Positions 31,701-40,141 are shown, counted from the first letter of the stretch. The stretch is 64,000 bases of DNA from an uncultured delta proteobacterium (GCA_963843145.1 CAWJJC010000005.1:128001-192000), one strand, 5' to 3'. Numbers and translations are program-made. The notes: generated by a model from the sequence alone, not told the origin.

Positions 31701-32027
31701 GGTCCTGGACCTTGCCCAGTAGATGTCCGTTCCGTCTTCGAAGATCACGTACACATAGGAGTAGCCGAAGTCGGAAAAACCGCGAACCGCCTTGACCTTC
31801 GGGGCGCCCAGCATGGCCGTAACAATAGGATAGGTCACCTGGTCTTCCATGATGTCCGGACTGCGATCCCAGCGGGAGAAGATGATGACCTGGGTGTCGC
31901 TCAAATCCGGAATGGCGTCCAGGGCCATGTGCTTCATGGACCACCAGCCGGCCAGGCAGGCGGCCGCCACCAAGATAAAGACAATGAACTTATTGTTTAC
32001 GGAAAAATCGATGATGCGGTTGATCAT
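28755..32027 (-). CDS. cusA: CusA/CzcA-family heavy-metal RND permease
   Basis: DAIPDLSDTQVI, LGPDATGLGW, Met triad contexts EFMPP, PLSMLET and RIEMLSTG, RLRPKFMT. Confidence 0.93.
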   Translation of the reverse strand: MINRIIDFSVNNKFIVFILVAAACLAGWWSMKHMALDAIPDLSDTQVIIFSRWDRSPDIMEDQVTYPIVTAMLGAPKVKAVRGFSDFGYSYVYVIFEDGTDIYWARSRTLEYLSGVLSNLPSGVKTELGPDATGLGWIYQYVLVDKSGRRSLADLRSFQDWYLRYYLKSVPGVAEVAPVGGFQKQYQVNVDPNRLQAYGISINRVVEAVRQGNVEVGGRLIEFGGTEYTIRGRGYAKSLKDFEEIVLSASENGTPIRIKDIGKVSLGPDIRRGIADLDGEGEVVSGIVVMRQGQNALDVIKRVKAKIKEIEPGLPAGVKIVPVYDRSDLILRAIDNLKSTLIEVMVTVSLVILLFLWHIPSALIPLITIPVAILLSFIPFRLLGISANIMSLGGIAIAIGALVDAAIVVVEQTHKRLEQWDRGGRQGDYREIIIQAVKQVAGPSFFALLVIAVSFLPVLTLEAQEGRLFKPLAYTKTLAMIIAAILAITLDPALRLFFIRLKDFNFRPLALCKLVNSVCVGSIHSEERHPISRALIRVYEPVAVWTLRRKWWVIAAALVLVLATVPVYLKLGSEFMPPLEEGSILYMPTTMPGISITEAQKLLQVTDRIIRRFPEVDRVLGKAGRAETSTDPAPLSMLETVITLKPKAQWRKKDTWYSGWAPDWAKAVLRRLTPDHISQDDLIDQMNDALKISGLANSWTMPIKGRIEMLSTGLKTPLGLKISGSDLDTIEEIGARVESVLTPVKGTRSVFAERTGSGYFLDFEWDREALSRYNLSVEEAQGVVQRAIGGENVTTTVEGRERYTVNVRYQRDFRSDLGALGRVLVPVAGGQKQIPVSQLARIGITEGPSMIRDEDGLLAGYVYLDIAGRDQDSYITEAGRLLREKVRLPPGYDISWSGQYESMQRVKEKLIWVVPLTLILILFLLYLNTRSLTKTLIIMLAVPFSAIGAFWFLYLLGYNLSIGVWVGLIALLGVDAETGVFMLLYLDLAYEEAKKEGRLRSLADLQKAIRYGAVKRLRPKFMTTATMFFGLIPIMWSVGTGADVMKRIAAPMVGGILTSFLLELLVYPAIYQIWKWNFELKKQVLSGPES

Positions 32028-32275
32028 GAGGCTGGGATTAACTTTCAGTATGTAAATTCAAAATGCAAAATTTAGTACGAAAAGAAGATCGAATACCCCT
32101 TTCGGGTTTTTGTTTTCGTAGTCATCCCGGACTCGATCCGGGATCCAGGAAGCTCGAAAAATCCCGGATTCCGTCTCTCTCCTGATTATGCCAAAAATAA
32201 GCCCAAATTGCTACCGATCAACTTATTCCTGGGGGCAGATGTCGGTCCTCCCGATTAGTCCTGTTCACCGAAGCC

Positions 32276-32719
32276 CTATTTTACTATCTTTTCCTCTGAC
32301 CCTTTCCTCGCCGCCTCAATGGCGTCCCGGCACGGCAGGGATAGCTCGCTCGCATGTTCCTGGAGGCACTTTGCGGTCCCGCCTTCCCTTGACTTGATGT
32401 CGTTGCAGAACTTGACGATGTCGCCTCTACAGGCCTGCCGGACCTTCATCTGCTGCATCACTACCTCTTTCCACTCTACTCTGGATCCTTCCAACTTCGC
32501 CTCATAATCCTTACAGGCGTCGGAAAGTTGACTTTCATGTCGTTCGAGGCAATCCCTGATGGCTGCCTGACCGGGTCCGACGTCCTTGCAAAATTTACCG
32601 ATATCCTGAGAACACGGGTTCTGATCGGCGGCGGATGCGGCGGCGGCGAACATCACGCCTAAAATCAATAGTGCCCCTACAAGAGTTGCAAAAAAAAGCC
32701 TGCTTTTTATTTTCATCAT
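32276..32719 (-). CDS. Secreted cysteine-rich repeat protein (GLG1-like repeats)
   Basis: Two C..DI.KFC.D.....G....CL..H...LS..C repeats; signal peptide. Confidence 0.75.
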   Translation of the reverse strand: MMKIKSRLFFATLVGALLILGVMFAAAASAADQNPCSQDIGKFCKDVGPGQAAIRDCLERHESQLSDACKDYEAKLEGSRVEWKEVVMQQMKVRQACRGDIVKFCNDIKSREGGTAKCLQEHASELSLPCRDAIEAARKGSEEKIVK

Positions 32720-32764
32720 TTCTCCTTTTTTCTCCCTACTAATGATTCTGCCCGGTGAAAGGGA

Positions 32765-34270
32765 CTAGGGGGAGAGTTTTTCGGCATACCGACCCGGATC
32801 TTTCTCGAAACGGGCCCGGTTCTCGGCGGAAGCGAAATAATAAACTTTTTGATTGTAGGTACTTTTAAGCCCCGCCTTCTCCGCCTTTCGTATGGACACC
32901 TCCACACCGGATACCGGGTCGTTCTTCAGCGAACCGCTCATCCCGGCAGCGGCCAGGTCCATCCGGCTTTCGGAGTCGAGGAGAAAGGTACCGGAGGCGG
33001 CGATCCGTTCCCCGGCGGACAACCCTTGAACAATTTCAACCCGGTCACCGAAACGCCGGCCGATCTTAACTTCCCGGGGCTCGAAAAACCCTTGGCCCTG
33101 AGCCATAAAGACCGTTTTTTTAAGACCGGTATCGAGGACCGCATCCACCGGTACGATAATCGCCGGAGGGCCGCTGATAGGAATCTCAACATTGACAAAC
33201 ATATCAGGGCGCAGGATAAAACCGGGGTTGTCTGCCTCCAATCTCAATTTCAAGGTCCTGGTCGTCGGGTCGAACTCGGGCAGGACCTTGCTTATTCGGC
33301 CAACAAAGGTTTTATGGAGATAGGGAAGCTCCATCGTTACCCGTCTCCCGGGTTGGTATAAAGAGGTCTCGTTTTCAAAGATATCGGCCACGATCCAAAC
33401 CTTGGACAGATCCGCAATGCGGAAAAACTCCAACCCTCGGTCGAAACGCAGTCCCGGAGAAACATTTCGCGAGAGAATGAATCCGTTGATCGGAGAGCGG
33501 ATTTCAATGTCATCGGCGACCATTCCGCCCTTTTCCATTTCGTCAATCTGATGTTCGGATATCCCAAAGTTGAGCAGTGACTTTTTGTAATAATACTTTT
33601 GCGAGGCATCACTGGTAAAGTTGAGGTCCCGCGTGACATCCCTCAAAACATCCCTCATGGGTTTAAATTGACTCGGGCTCAGCCGGAGGTCCTTTTCTTC
33701 TCCTTTGGTTTCGGGGACCCCGGGTTTCTTGGTGCCCGGGGACACCGATCTAGTGGTTCCTGCGGGCGCAAGCCTACTGGTTCCTGGAGGCGCAAGCCTG
33801 GTGGCTCCTGGAGGCGCAGGCCTATTGGTTTCTACGGCTGCAGGATTGGTGGATCGGATTAAGTTTAGATAGACTTGAACCGTGGTCCGATAATCCACGG
33901 AGTAAAAGGTGGCCAAGAGCTCATTTTTCTTAACTAAGCTTCCGGTAGTGACCGGCTGAACATCCTCAATCCAACCGTTAAGGGCGGCGTTGATTCGGAA
34001 GACCCGGTTTTCATCCGGCGTTACCCTGCCCAGCACCCGCATGGTATAGCTCCAGGGAGCCTTTTCCACCGTGACTACTTTAACGCCGATCATCTGCTGT
34101 TTTTCCGGGCTCACTTTCACGGCCCCCGGCGGCAGGTCCTCTTCATCGCCGCCGGATACTATCCGGGCAGGGCTGCTCTTGGGAGCCGCCTGCCGGTTAT
34201 GCCTGGAAATCGCTACATAGGATCCGACCGCCACCAAAATCAGTATAATAAGATAAATGACTTTTTTCAC
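32765..34270 (-). CDS. cusB: CusB-like RND periplasmic adaptor with C-terminal YHS-like domain
   Basis: IADLSKVWIVADIFE, TRTLKLR, LRPDMFV, FLLDSES, DPVSG..YYF.S..RFEKDP. Confidence 0.88.
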   Translation of the reverse strand: MKKVIYLIILILVAVGSYVAISRHNRQAAPKSSPARIVSGGDEEDLPPGAVKVSPEKQQMIGVKVVTVEKAPWSYTMRVLGRVTPDENRVFRINAALNGWIEDVQPVTTGSLVKKNELLATFYSVDYRTTVQVYLNLIRSTNPAAVETNRPAPPGATRLAPPGTSRLAPAGTTRSVSPGTKKPGVPETKGEEKDLRLSPSQFKPMRDVLRDVTRDLNFTSDASQKYYYKKSLLNFGISEHQIDEMEKGGMVADDIEIRSPINGFILSRNVSPGLRFDRGLEFFRIADLSKVWIVADIFENETSLYQPGRRVTMELPYLHKTFVGRISKVLPEFDPTTRTLKLRLEADNPGFILRPDMFVNVEIPISGPPAIIVPVDAVLDTGLKKTVFMAQGQGFFEPREVKIGRRFGDRVEIVQGLSAGERIAASGTFLLDSESRMDLAAAGMSGSLKNDPVSGVEVSIRKAEKAGLKSTYNQKVYYFASAENRARFEKDPGRYAEKLSP

Positions 34271-34312
34271 TTAAATCTCCTGCCTGCAACAGCCACAAGG
34301 CTGACTTCTTTT

Positions 34313-34590
34313 TAACCCTCAGGCCCCCGAAGGACACCCCGAAACAGGTAAACGCCTTTGGCCAAGGGCCGGTCGCCCTAGGCCTTCGGTCAGGCTGTCA
34401 TTCTGAGCTCTTCACCAGCTTGTCAGCCTGAGTGAAACGAAGGATCTCGGTTCCCAGCTCAGCTTAAACTCCGCAAAGGATCAGCTCACGGGCTGCCTGA
34501 GGGATCCTTCAGTCGTTTCGCTCCTTCAGGAGGTCTATTTTCGTATTAGCCCCCCATGCTTGGGGCTGGGCACTCATGCCGCATGAAGAT
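34313..34590 (+). mobile_element. Shell repeat copy H followed by a further left end (tandem junction)
   Basis: ...TATTTTCGTATTAG|CCCCCCATGCTTGGGGCTGGGCAC..GCATGAAGAT. Confidence 0.65.
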
Positions 34591-34621
34591 CCCGCGTCCC
34601 CTCACCCATACTTGACATAAT

Positions 34622-34650
34622 AATATACGTTTAAAGCGATTTCCTGTCAA
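34622..34650 (-). promoter_or_regulatory. Sigma70-type promoter for the cusB operon
   Basis: TTGACA-17 nt-TATATT on the minus strand. Confidence 0.55.
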
Positions 34651-34729
34651 CCCTTTGAAGAAAACTCATCCCTCAGCCGGCTCCATTTCTTGGTCGCCCG
34701 GTCAGCCATCATCGGAGGGAAAAGGTCGA

Positions 34730-35689
34730 TTAGGAATTCAGGGAGGCCCCCAGAATCTTAATCTTTTTTGGTAATATTTCAAACCGCACCGACAGACGGC
34801 CCACCAGTTCCCCGTCCATATCGATAAACACCTCTTCCTCCGATTCCAGGCTGATGGTTTGGGCCTGAAAGGTTTGGACTTTGGGATGGCCGGATAAAGT
34901 GCCTCGGTAGAGGCGGCGGGTATTGGTTAACACTTCCATCCGGGAAACGTCGCCGACCACCACTACCTCCAAAAACCCGTCATCCATCCGGGCCGGTGGG
35001 GCCACCCACATGCCGCCCCCGAAATACTGCCCATTGGCAATAACGATGGAACTGGCCTTGACCTCGAAAGGCGGGCGGTCGTCCAGACCGATCCGAATGC
35101 GCTTATTCCGATATTGGAGAAGGGTAACTAAAAGTCCGCGGAAGAAACTGAGTTTACCTCCCCAGCGCTTGCTGTGACTGTTCACATAGCGGACCAGGTC
35201 CCCCCCAAAGCCGACATCGGTAACATTTAAAAAATGCCTCCGGCAAGGATTGCCGTTCAGATCAAGAAAGCGGGCCACCCCCACATCGATCTTCCGAAAA
35301 ACATTTCCGCCAGCCTGTTGAGCGGCCACGGTTAAAGAATGAGAGATGCCCAGCGTCCGGACCAGGTCGGCCCCGGTGCCGCAGGGCAGGATGGCCAGGT
35401 CCGTATCCTCAAACCTCGGATGGGCCAATAATCCGTTGAGCACCTCATTGACTGTGCCGTCGCCCCCGTGCACCACCACCGTGGGGTACCCCTGTTCAAC
35501 CGCCTGGTAGGCCAGGTCCGTGGCTTGATGGGGGGCGTCCGTGGTCCAGGCCGTAAAGGGAGGAAGGAGGCTTCGAAGAAGCGGCTCATTCTTCGACCAA
35601 TCACGTCCGGTCCGGCCGTCGGCGCTCACCGGATTGACGATTACGACCCAGGAGGGTCGGTCCTTGGGGTCTTGTGCGGATTTGGTCAT
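34730..35689 (-). CDS. Diacylglycerol kinase family (YegS-like) lipid kinase
   Basis: IVNPVS, HGGDGTVNEV, LPCGTG, ANGQYFGGG, DGE. Confidence 0.9.
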   Translation of the reverse strand: MTKSAQDPKDRPSWVVIVNPVSADGRTGRDWSKNEPLLRSLLPPFTAWTTDAPHQATDLAYQAVEQGYPTVVVHGGDGTVNEVLNGLLAHPRFEDTDLAILPCGTGADLVRTLGISHSLTVAAQQAGGNVFRKIDVGVARFLDLNGNPCRRHFLNVTDVGFGGDLVRYVNSHSKRWGGKLSFFRGLLVTLLQYRNKRIRIGLDDRPPFEVKASSIVIANGQYFGGGMWVAPPARMDDGFLEVVVVGDVSRMEVLTNTRRLYRGTLSGHPKVQTFQAQTISLESEEEVFIDMDGELVGRLSVRFEILPKKIKILGASLNS

Positions 35690-35747
35690 AGGCGACTAAA
35701 TAAACATCGAACTTCGAACATCGAACGCCCAACCTTGAATGAAAATA

Positions 35748-35898
35748 TGACGCTTCGCCCTTTTGGGTGGGTATCCCCAGATCTGGTATGGCCGTCTGGT
35801 CTCGGCAAAAGGGTTTCCCACCTTGCTTTACAGGTTCGGAACCCGGCCCAAATGTTTCTAAATCTTCACGGAGGCAGGGCCAGCCCGAGGAAGCGTCA
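35748..35898 (-). ncRNA. Candidate structured RNA motif, copy 1 (unidentified)
   Basis: Closed by TGACGCTTC/GAAGCGTCA; several stems; homologous to 35901-36068. Confidence 0.35.
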
Positions 35899-35900
35899 AA

Positions 35901-36068
35901 AGCCTCTGAGTTTGGGCCTGCTGCAAATAAAATTACTAATTTCGGCCCGGGGTCGAACTCCGGGGACCCTTTGGAAAACCCTTTCGCCGAGATCAGACGG
36001 CCACGAAGGCCTGAATATTCAGTCTAATGCTAACAGATATCGTGGCCCCCCACCCAGAAATGGCGAAA
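35901..36068 (+). ncRNA. Candidate structured RNA motif, copy 2 (unidentified)
   Basis: Shares AAACCCTTTYGCCGAGAYCAGACGGCCA and CCCACCCA..GGCGAA with copy 1. Confidence 0.35.
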
Positions 36069-36167
36069 ATCGAAAATATCACCAATAAGCCCACGATTGT
36101 CAACACAAAAAGCGTTGCTTTGGCCGGTTGATCTGTTGTAAACTTAATCCAATTGAAAGGGGAAAGA

Positions 36168-36620
36168 ATGATGATGAAAAAATGGTTGAGGGCCCTTCCT
36201 TTTTTCTGTCTTCTGGCCTTTTTGGTTCTTCCAGGAAACCTTCTGGGCGCTGACTGGAAGCTATGCTCGGAAAATGAATTCTTAACCCTATACTTTGATG
36301 TAAACAGTTTGAACCGAAGGGATGCGGACCGGATTAAGGTCTGGACTAAATACGTTCCCAAGGGGAAAAAAGGGAAGGATTTTTGGGCTCATATCCGCAC
36401 CTTCGACAAGATACCGATCAAGCAATTCCAGCACTATGCCTATAGCGTAGTCCTCTATGAATTCAGTTGCCCGGGAAAGACTTACCAGCTAATATCCGGG
36501 CTCGACTTTGACCAGGAAAAAAAGATGCTCAGCGAATTGCAGCCCTCCAAATCCAAACCTATCTTCCCGGAGTCCCTCCCCGAAACCCTTTATCAGATAG
36601 TTTGCCCCGGGGAAAGATGA
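36168..36620 (+). CDS. Surface-adhesin E-like secreted protein
   Basis: Signal peptide, ADW..., YFDVNSL, KVWTK, YEFSC, P.S..ETLYQIVC. Confidence 0.7.
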   Translation: MMMKKWLRALPFFCLLAFLVLPGNLLGADWKLCSENEFLTLYFDVNSLNRRDADRIKVWTKYVPKGKKGKDFWAHIRTFDKIPIKQFQHYAYSVVLYEFSCPGKTYQLISGLDFDQEKKMLSELQPSKSKPIFPESLPETLYQIVCPGER

Positions 36621-36745
36621 GGGGTAGGGTCTAGGGTGTAGGGGGAAAACCAAAGCGTTCTATATCGTATCTTCTTTTTCTTCCCTCTTCCCTCTTCCCT
36701 CTTCCATCTCTCTCACCCTGCCCCCAATACCCTCACCCCTAAACC

Positions 36746-36967
36746 CTATATCTTCTCGACTAAAACGACCTTATCCCGGCTTTTCTCGCCCCGGATGATG
36801 CGGATTTCGCTTTTGCGAACGTTCAGGTATTCGGCCAGAATCTTGATCAAGGCTTCGTTGGCCCGGCCCTCAATCGCCGGGGCGGTAAGATAAACCTTGA
36901 GTCGGTCTTTCTCGACAACCACCTTGTTTTGTTTGGCTTTGGGTATTACCCGGATGGAATGGCGCAT
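36746..36967 (-). CDS. DUF167 (YggU-like) protein
   Basis: RVIPKAK, LTAPAIEGRANEALI, GEKSRDK. Confidence 0.88.
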   Translation of the reverse strand: MRHSIRVIPKAKQNKVVVEKDRLKVYLTAPAIEGRANEALIKILAEYLNVRKSEIRIIRGEKSRDKVVLVEKI

Positions 36968-36970
36968 AGG

Positions 36971-37223
36971 TAATACGAAAATAGGGCACAGGGTATAAGG
37001 TTCAAGGTATAAGGTTTGGAGAATACCATTTTAATGCTTCGTGGGTGCCCCGCGGGGCATGTGGGTTTAGTATGTAAATAAGCCTCTATGACCTGCAATA
37101 AGGCCAATAATCAATTGTCAATGATCAATTGATTATTGATTATTGATATCCTGCGGTTAAACAGTTGTCTCGCCCCTTTTATTTTTATGCTACGAGGGTA
37201 CCCACCAGGGGCCTAGTGTTTAA
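36971..37223 (-). mobile_element. Two tandem reversed shell repeats (36971-37069 and 37067-37223)
   Basis: Both ends present twice. The second cargo matches copy B; the first is a TATAAGG-type heptamer cargo. Confidence 0.72.
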
Positions 37224-37250
37224 CTCGGGGCTAAAATACCATTTTTCCCC

Positions 37251-37278
37251 TTGACATTCCACCAGGATCATTTAAATT
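37251..37278 (+). promoter_or_regulatory. Putative sigma70 promoter of the peptide gene
   Basis: TTGACA-16 nt-TAAATT. Confidence 0.4.
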
Positions 37279-37320
37279 TTAATATAACAAACATCGCACG
37301 AAGCGAGAAAGGGGCCGGTC

Positions 37321-37383
37321 ATGAAGATCCGCAAAGTGGTTAAGGTATCCAAAGGTCTTTGCAAGTGTAAAAAGACCTGCTAA
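37321..37383 (+). CDS. 20-aa Cys/Lys-rich peptide MKIRKVVKVSKGLCKCKKTC, candidate RiPP precursor
   Basis: Below the ORF-track cutoff. RBS GAAAGGGG upstream, terminator downstream, adjacent to an RRE-rSAM-SPASM gene. Confidence 0.72.
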   Translation: MKIRKVVKVSKGLCKCKKTC

Positions 37384-37400
37384 AAGAAATTTACTATTTC

Positions 37401-37435
37401 AAAAAAGGCCGATAGTTGATCTGTCGGCCTTTTTT
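37401..37435 (+). terminator. Intrinsic terminator after the peptide gene
   Basis: AAAAAAGGCCGATAG-TTGAT-CTGTCGGCCTTTTTT. Confidence 0.8.
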
Positions 37436-37465
37436 ATTCCAAAACCTAAATGAGATGGTTTTGCA

Positions 37466-37825
37466 ATGCCCAAAACCGATTTCCAAGATTATATCTGCCG
37501 GCCCTTCTGCGATTTTTTTAAGCCGAGGGTCAAAGAAGAGCTGACCTGCCGGGGGGCGCTGCTGGTGGAACACCTGGTCCGGCGCCGGCGTCTCATCCCC
37601 GGAGACTTCCAGAGCCTGGAAAAAAGCGAATCGTTATTCCCGGGCCAAGAGGCCGATTTGGAAGCCGCTGTTTGCCGGGGCTGTCCTTTCCAAGCCGAAG
37701 ATTGTGATTTTATGTCCGCCAATCCGCCATCCGACTGTCGGCCCTGCGGCGGATTGGTTCTCCTGCGGCAGCTCACGAAAAAAGGGTTGATCACCATCCC
37801 GGACCTATTCCATGACGACAACTGA
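37466..37825 (+). CDS. Cys-rich hypothetical protein (8 Cys, internally duplicated motif)
   Basis: CRPFCDFF..TCRGALL and CRGCPF..CDF..CRPCGGLVLL; overlaps the rSAM start. Confidence 0.75.
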   Translation: MPKTDFQDYICRPFCDFFKPRVKEELTCRGALLVEHLVRRRRLIPGDFQSLEKSESLFPGQEADLEAAVCRGCPFQAEDCDFMSANPPSDCRPCGGLVLLRQLTKKGLITIPDLFHDDN

Positions 37826-38990
37826 TTGGCAGGAATCCTTCCTCTCCTTGCATCCCCGGGTTTTCCTCAAACGCCTGGAACAGCCCTATCTTTATCACCT
37901 GGACCGGGATGAATTGTACGAAATCGACGAACAGGCCCTTCTTTTCTTAAGCCTTTGTGATGGAACCACCCAAGGAAAATCCCTGACCGGCGATGCGGAA
38001 TTCGTTTCTTTTTGTCTGGAGGAAGGGCTCTTGGAAACCAACAGCCAACCGATCCTCAAGAACGTCTCCATCGGAGAAGCCCCCGTTCCTTCTCTGCGTT
38101 ACCTGGAGCTGCAACTGCTCCACCAATGCAATCTGCGCTGTCGACATTGCTATCTGGGTCCACCCCGCCCCGGGCGGTTGTCCTTGGAAGAGGCCGTCAC
38201 CATCACCCGGGAATTTGCCGCCCGGGGCGGCTTGCGGCTTTTGATTTCCGGGGGCGAACCCCTGCTTTATCCCGAACTCCCCTCCTTCCTGGCGCAGACC
38301 CAGGGCCTGGGCATCCGTCGTATTCTCTTAACCAATGGGACCCTGCTCACTACGGAAAGCCTCCTCCAACTTCAGGTGGAAGAGATTCAGGTCAGCCTGG
38401 ACGGCTGGCGCACGGGTCACGAAGCTATCCGGGGTGTAGGGACCTTCGATCAAACCCTTAAGGGTCTCCTGGCCGCCCGGGAAGCCGGACTGCCCATTGC
38501 CATCGCCACCATGGTTCATCGGAAGAACCTGGTTGAATTCGATCAACTGGCCCGTCTGGTAAAAGAGATCGGGGCTGTTGAATGGGGAGTGGATGTGCCC
38601 TGCCTGGCAGGTTCTATGAAAGAACATTCCGATCTACTGGTCCCTTACGAAGAGGCCGTCCCCTTTCTAAATTTTTCCTTTGGGGGGGGCTATCACGGCT
38701 CCGCGGAGGGATATGCCTGTGGACGCCATTTGCTGACGGTGTTACCCGGCGGGCAGGCGGTAAAGTGCGGCTTCTATGAAGAGCAGATCCTGGGAGATGC
38801 TCGCCGGGGCCTGATCGAATGTTGGCTAAAGCTTCAACATATCCCGCTGGAAAAACTGGAATGCCGGGGGTGTCCGGCACTCGAGGAGTGCGCCGGGGGA
38901 TGCCGTTACCGGGCCGATCATCCTTTCGGTCGGGACCCGCTGATGTGCGCCCTGTATGAAGTGGCGGGGGATAGACCTTTAACACATTAG
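37812..38990 (+). CDS. Radical SAM/SPASM protein with N-terminal PqqD-like RRE
   Basis: YLYHLDRDELYEIDEQALLFLSLCDG (RRE-like), CNLRCRHC, SGGEPL, TNG, SLDG, SPASM C..C..CX2CX5CX3C..DPLMC. Confidence 0.88.
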   Translation: MTTTDWQESFLSLHPRVFLKRLEQPYLYHLDRDELYEIDEQALLFLSLCDGTTQGKSLTGDAEFVSFCLEEGLLETNSQPILKNVSIGEAPVPSLRYLELQLLHQCNLRCRHCYLGPPRPGRLSLEEAVTITREFAARGGLRLLISGGEPLLYPELPSFLAQTQGLGIRRILLTNGTLLTTESLLQLQVEEIQVSLDGWRTGHEAIRGVGTFDQTLKGLLAAREAGLPIAIATMVHRKNLVEFDQLARLVKEIGAVEWGVDVPCLAGSMKEHSDLLVPYEEAVPFLNFSFGGGYHGSAEGYACGRHLLTVLPGGQAVKCGFYEEQILGDARRGLIECWLKLQHIPLEKLECRGCPALEECAGGCRYRADHPFGRDPLMCALYEVAGDRPLTH

Positions 38991-39158
38991 GTGCTTACAT
39001 CTATTAAATTGACAGAGGACCTATAAATCCGAATCCGAAGAGAAGCACAAAGGTCCAAAATCCAAATCATCAAAAAAAATCGTTTCGAATTTTGAAATTC
39101 GGTTCGGATTTGGCCCAAAAAGTCAAATTGTAGGTAGCTATTTAAGGAGGTCTAACAA

Positions 39159-40025
39159 GTGGGTAAAATATTAGTCACCGGCGCCACCGGCACCATCGGC
39201 AGTCAGTTGGTGCGGCGGCTCAAAGAAAAGAACCTGGAGGTCATTGCCGGGGTCAGCAGCCTTTCCAAAGCCGGACGCTTCTCCAAACAGGGCATCGATA
39301 CGACCATCCTCAACTTTGCCCAACCCGATTCTCTGGAACCGGCCTTCGAGGGGGTCGATCGTCTATTTCTTTTGCTGCCCCTGGCGGAACCCATGGAGGA
39401 TTGGGGCTTGCGGGCCATAGCCGGCGCTCAGAAAGCCGGGGTCCAATTCATCCTTCGCTCATCGTGCTTGGGGGCCGATTCGCCAGCCGAATTTGAACTG
39501 GGTCAGGTGCATGGCCGAATCGATCAGGCGCTGATCGATAGCGGCCTGGCCTACACGATCGTTCGCCCCAATTCGTTCATGCAGAACTACCTAAATTTTT
39601 TCGGAGGGATGATCAAGGACCAACAGTCCATCTTCCTGCCCCAGGGCCAGGGCCGGATCAGCCTGATCGACGTCCGAGACATCGCCGCCGTGGATACTGA
39701 AATCCTGACCGCTCCCGAAAACCATAGGCAGAAGGCCTATGACCTGACCGGTCCGGAGGCGTTAACCAACGAGGAAATCGCCCGGATCCTCGCCCGGGTC
39801 CTGGGGAAACCAATCACCTCTGTGGATATCGACGAATTAACCGCCCGCCAGGCCATGGCCCGGAGGGGGATGCCGGAATGGAATATTCGCCTGTTGGAAA
39901 GCCTGAACCGTCGTATCAAGCTGGGGATGACGGCCGAAGTCACTAACTGGGTCCGGATGATTGCCGGGAGACAGCCGACAACCTTTGAGCAATTTGCCTG
40001 GGACCATGCGGATGCCTGGAAGTAA
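39159..40025 (+). CDS. NmrA-like NAD(P)-binding oxidoreductase
   Basis: ILVTGATGTIG, RPNSFMQN, IDVRDIA, YDLTGPEAL. RBS AAGGAG. Confidence 0.9.
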   Translation: MGKILVTGATGTIGSQLVRRLKEKNLEVIAGVSSLSKAGRFSKQGIDTTILNFAQPDSLEPAFEGVDRLFLLLPLAEPMEDWGLRAIAGAQKAGVQFILRSSCLGADSPAEFELGQVHGRIDQALIDSGLAYTIVRPNSFMQNYLNFFGGMIKDQQSIFLPQGQGRISLIDVRDIAAVDTEILTAPENHRQKAYDLTGPEALTNEEIARILARVLGKPITSVDIDELTARQAMARRGMPEWNIRLLESLNRRIKLGMTAEVTNWVRMIAGRQPTTFEQFAWDHADAWK

Positions 40026-40141
40026 CGGTGAACGTCCAACATCGAATGTCAAATGGAGGTTTGTTTTTCATTCGAAGTTGGGCGTTCGATGTTCAATGTT
40101 CGTCTAGCATTTCGAATTTTATATTTACCCATTAAGGATCT

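Noticed and set aside
35806-35880. 6S RNA (CCCACCTTG..CAGGTTC..CACGG..GCAGGG resembles a 6S 3' half)
   Set aside because: The complementary 5' half needed for the 6S rod is absent upstream, there is no zapA/ygfA context, and the segment aligns better with the neighbouring inverted copy.
35944-35965. tRNA T-arm-like GGGGTCGAACTCC
   Set aside because: No cloverleaf, acceptor stem or CCA end.
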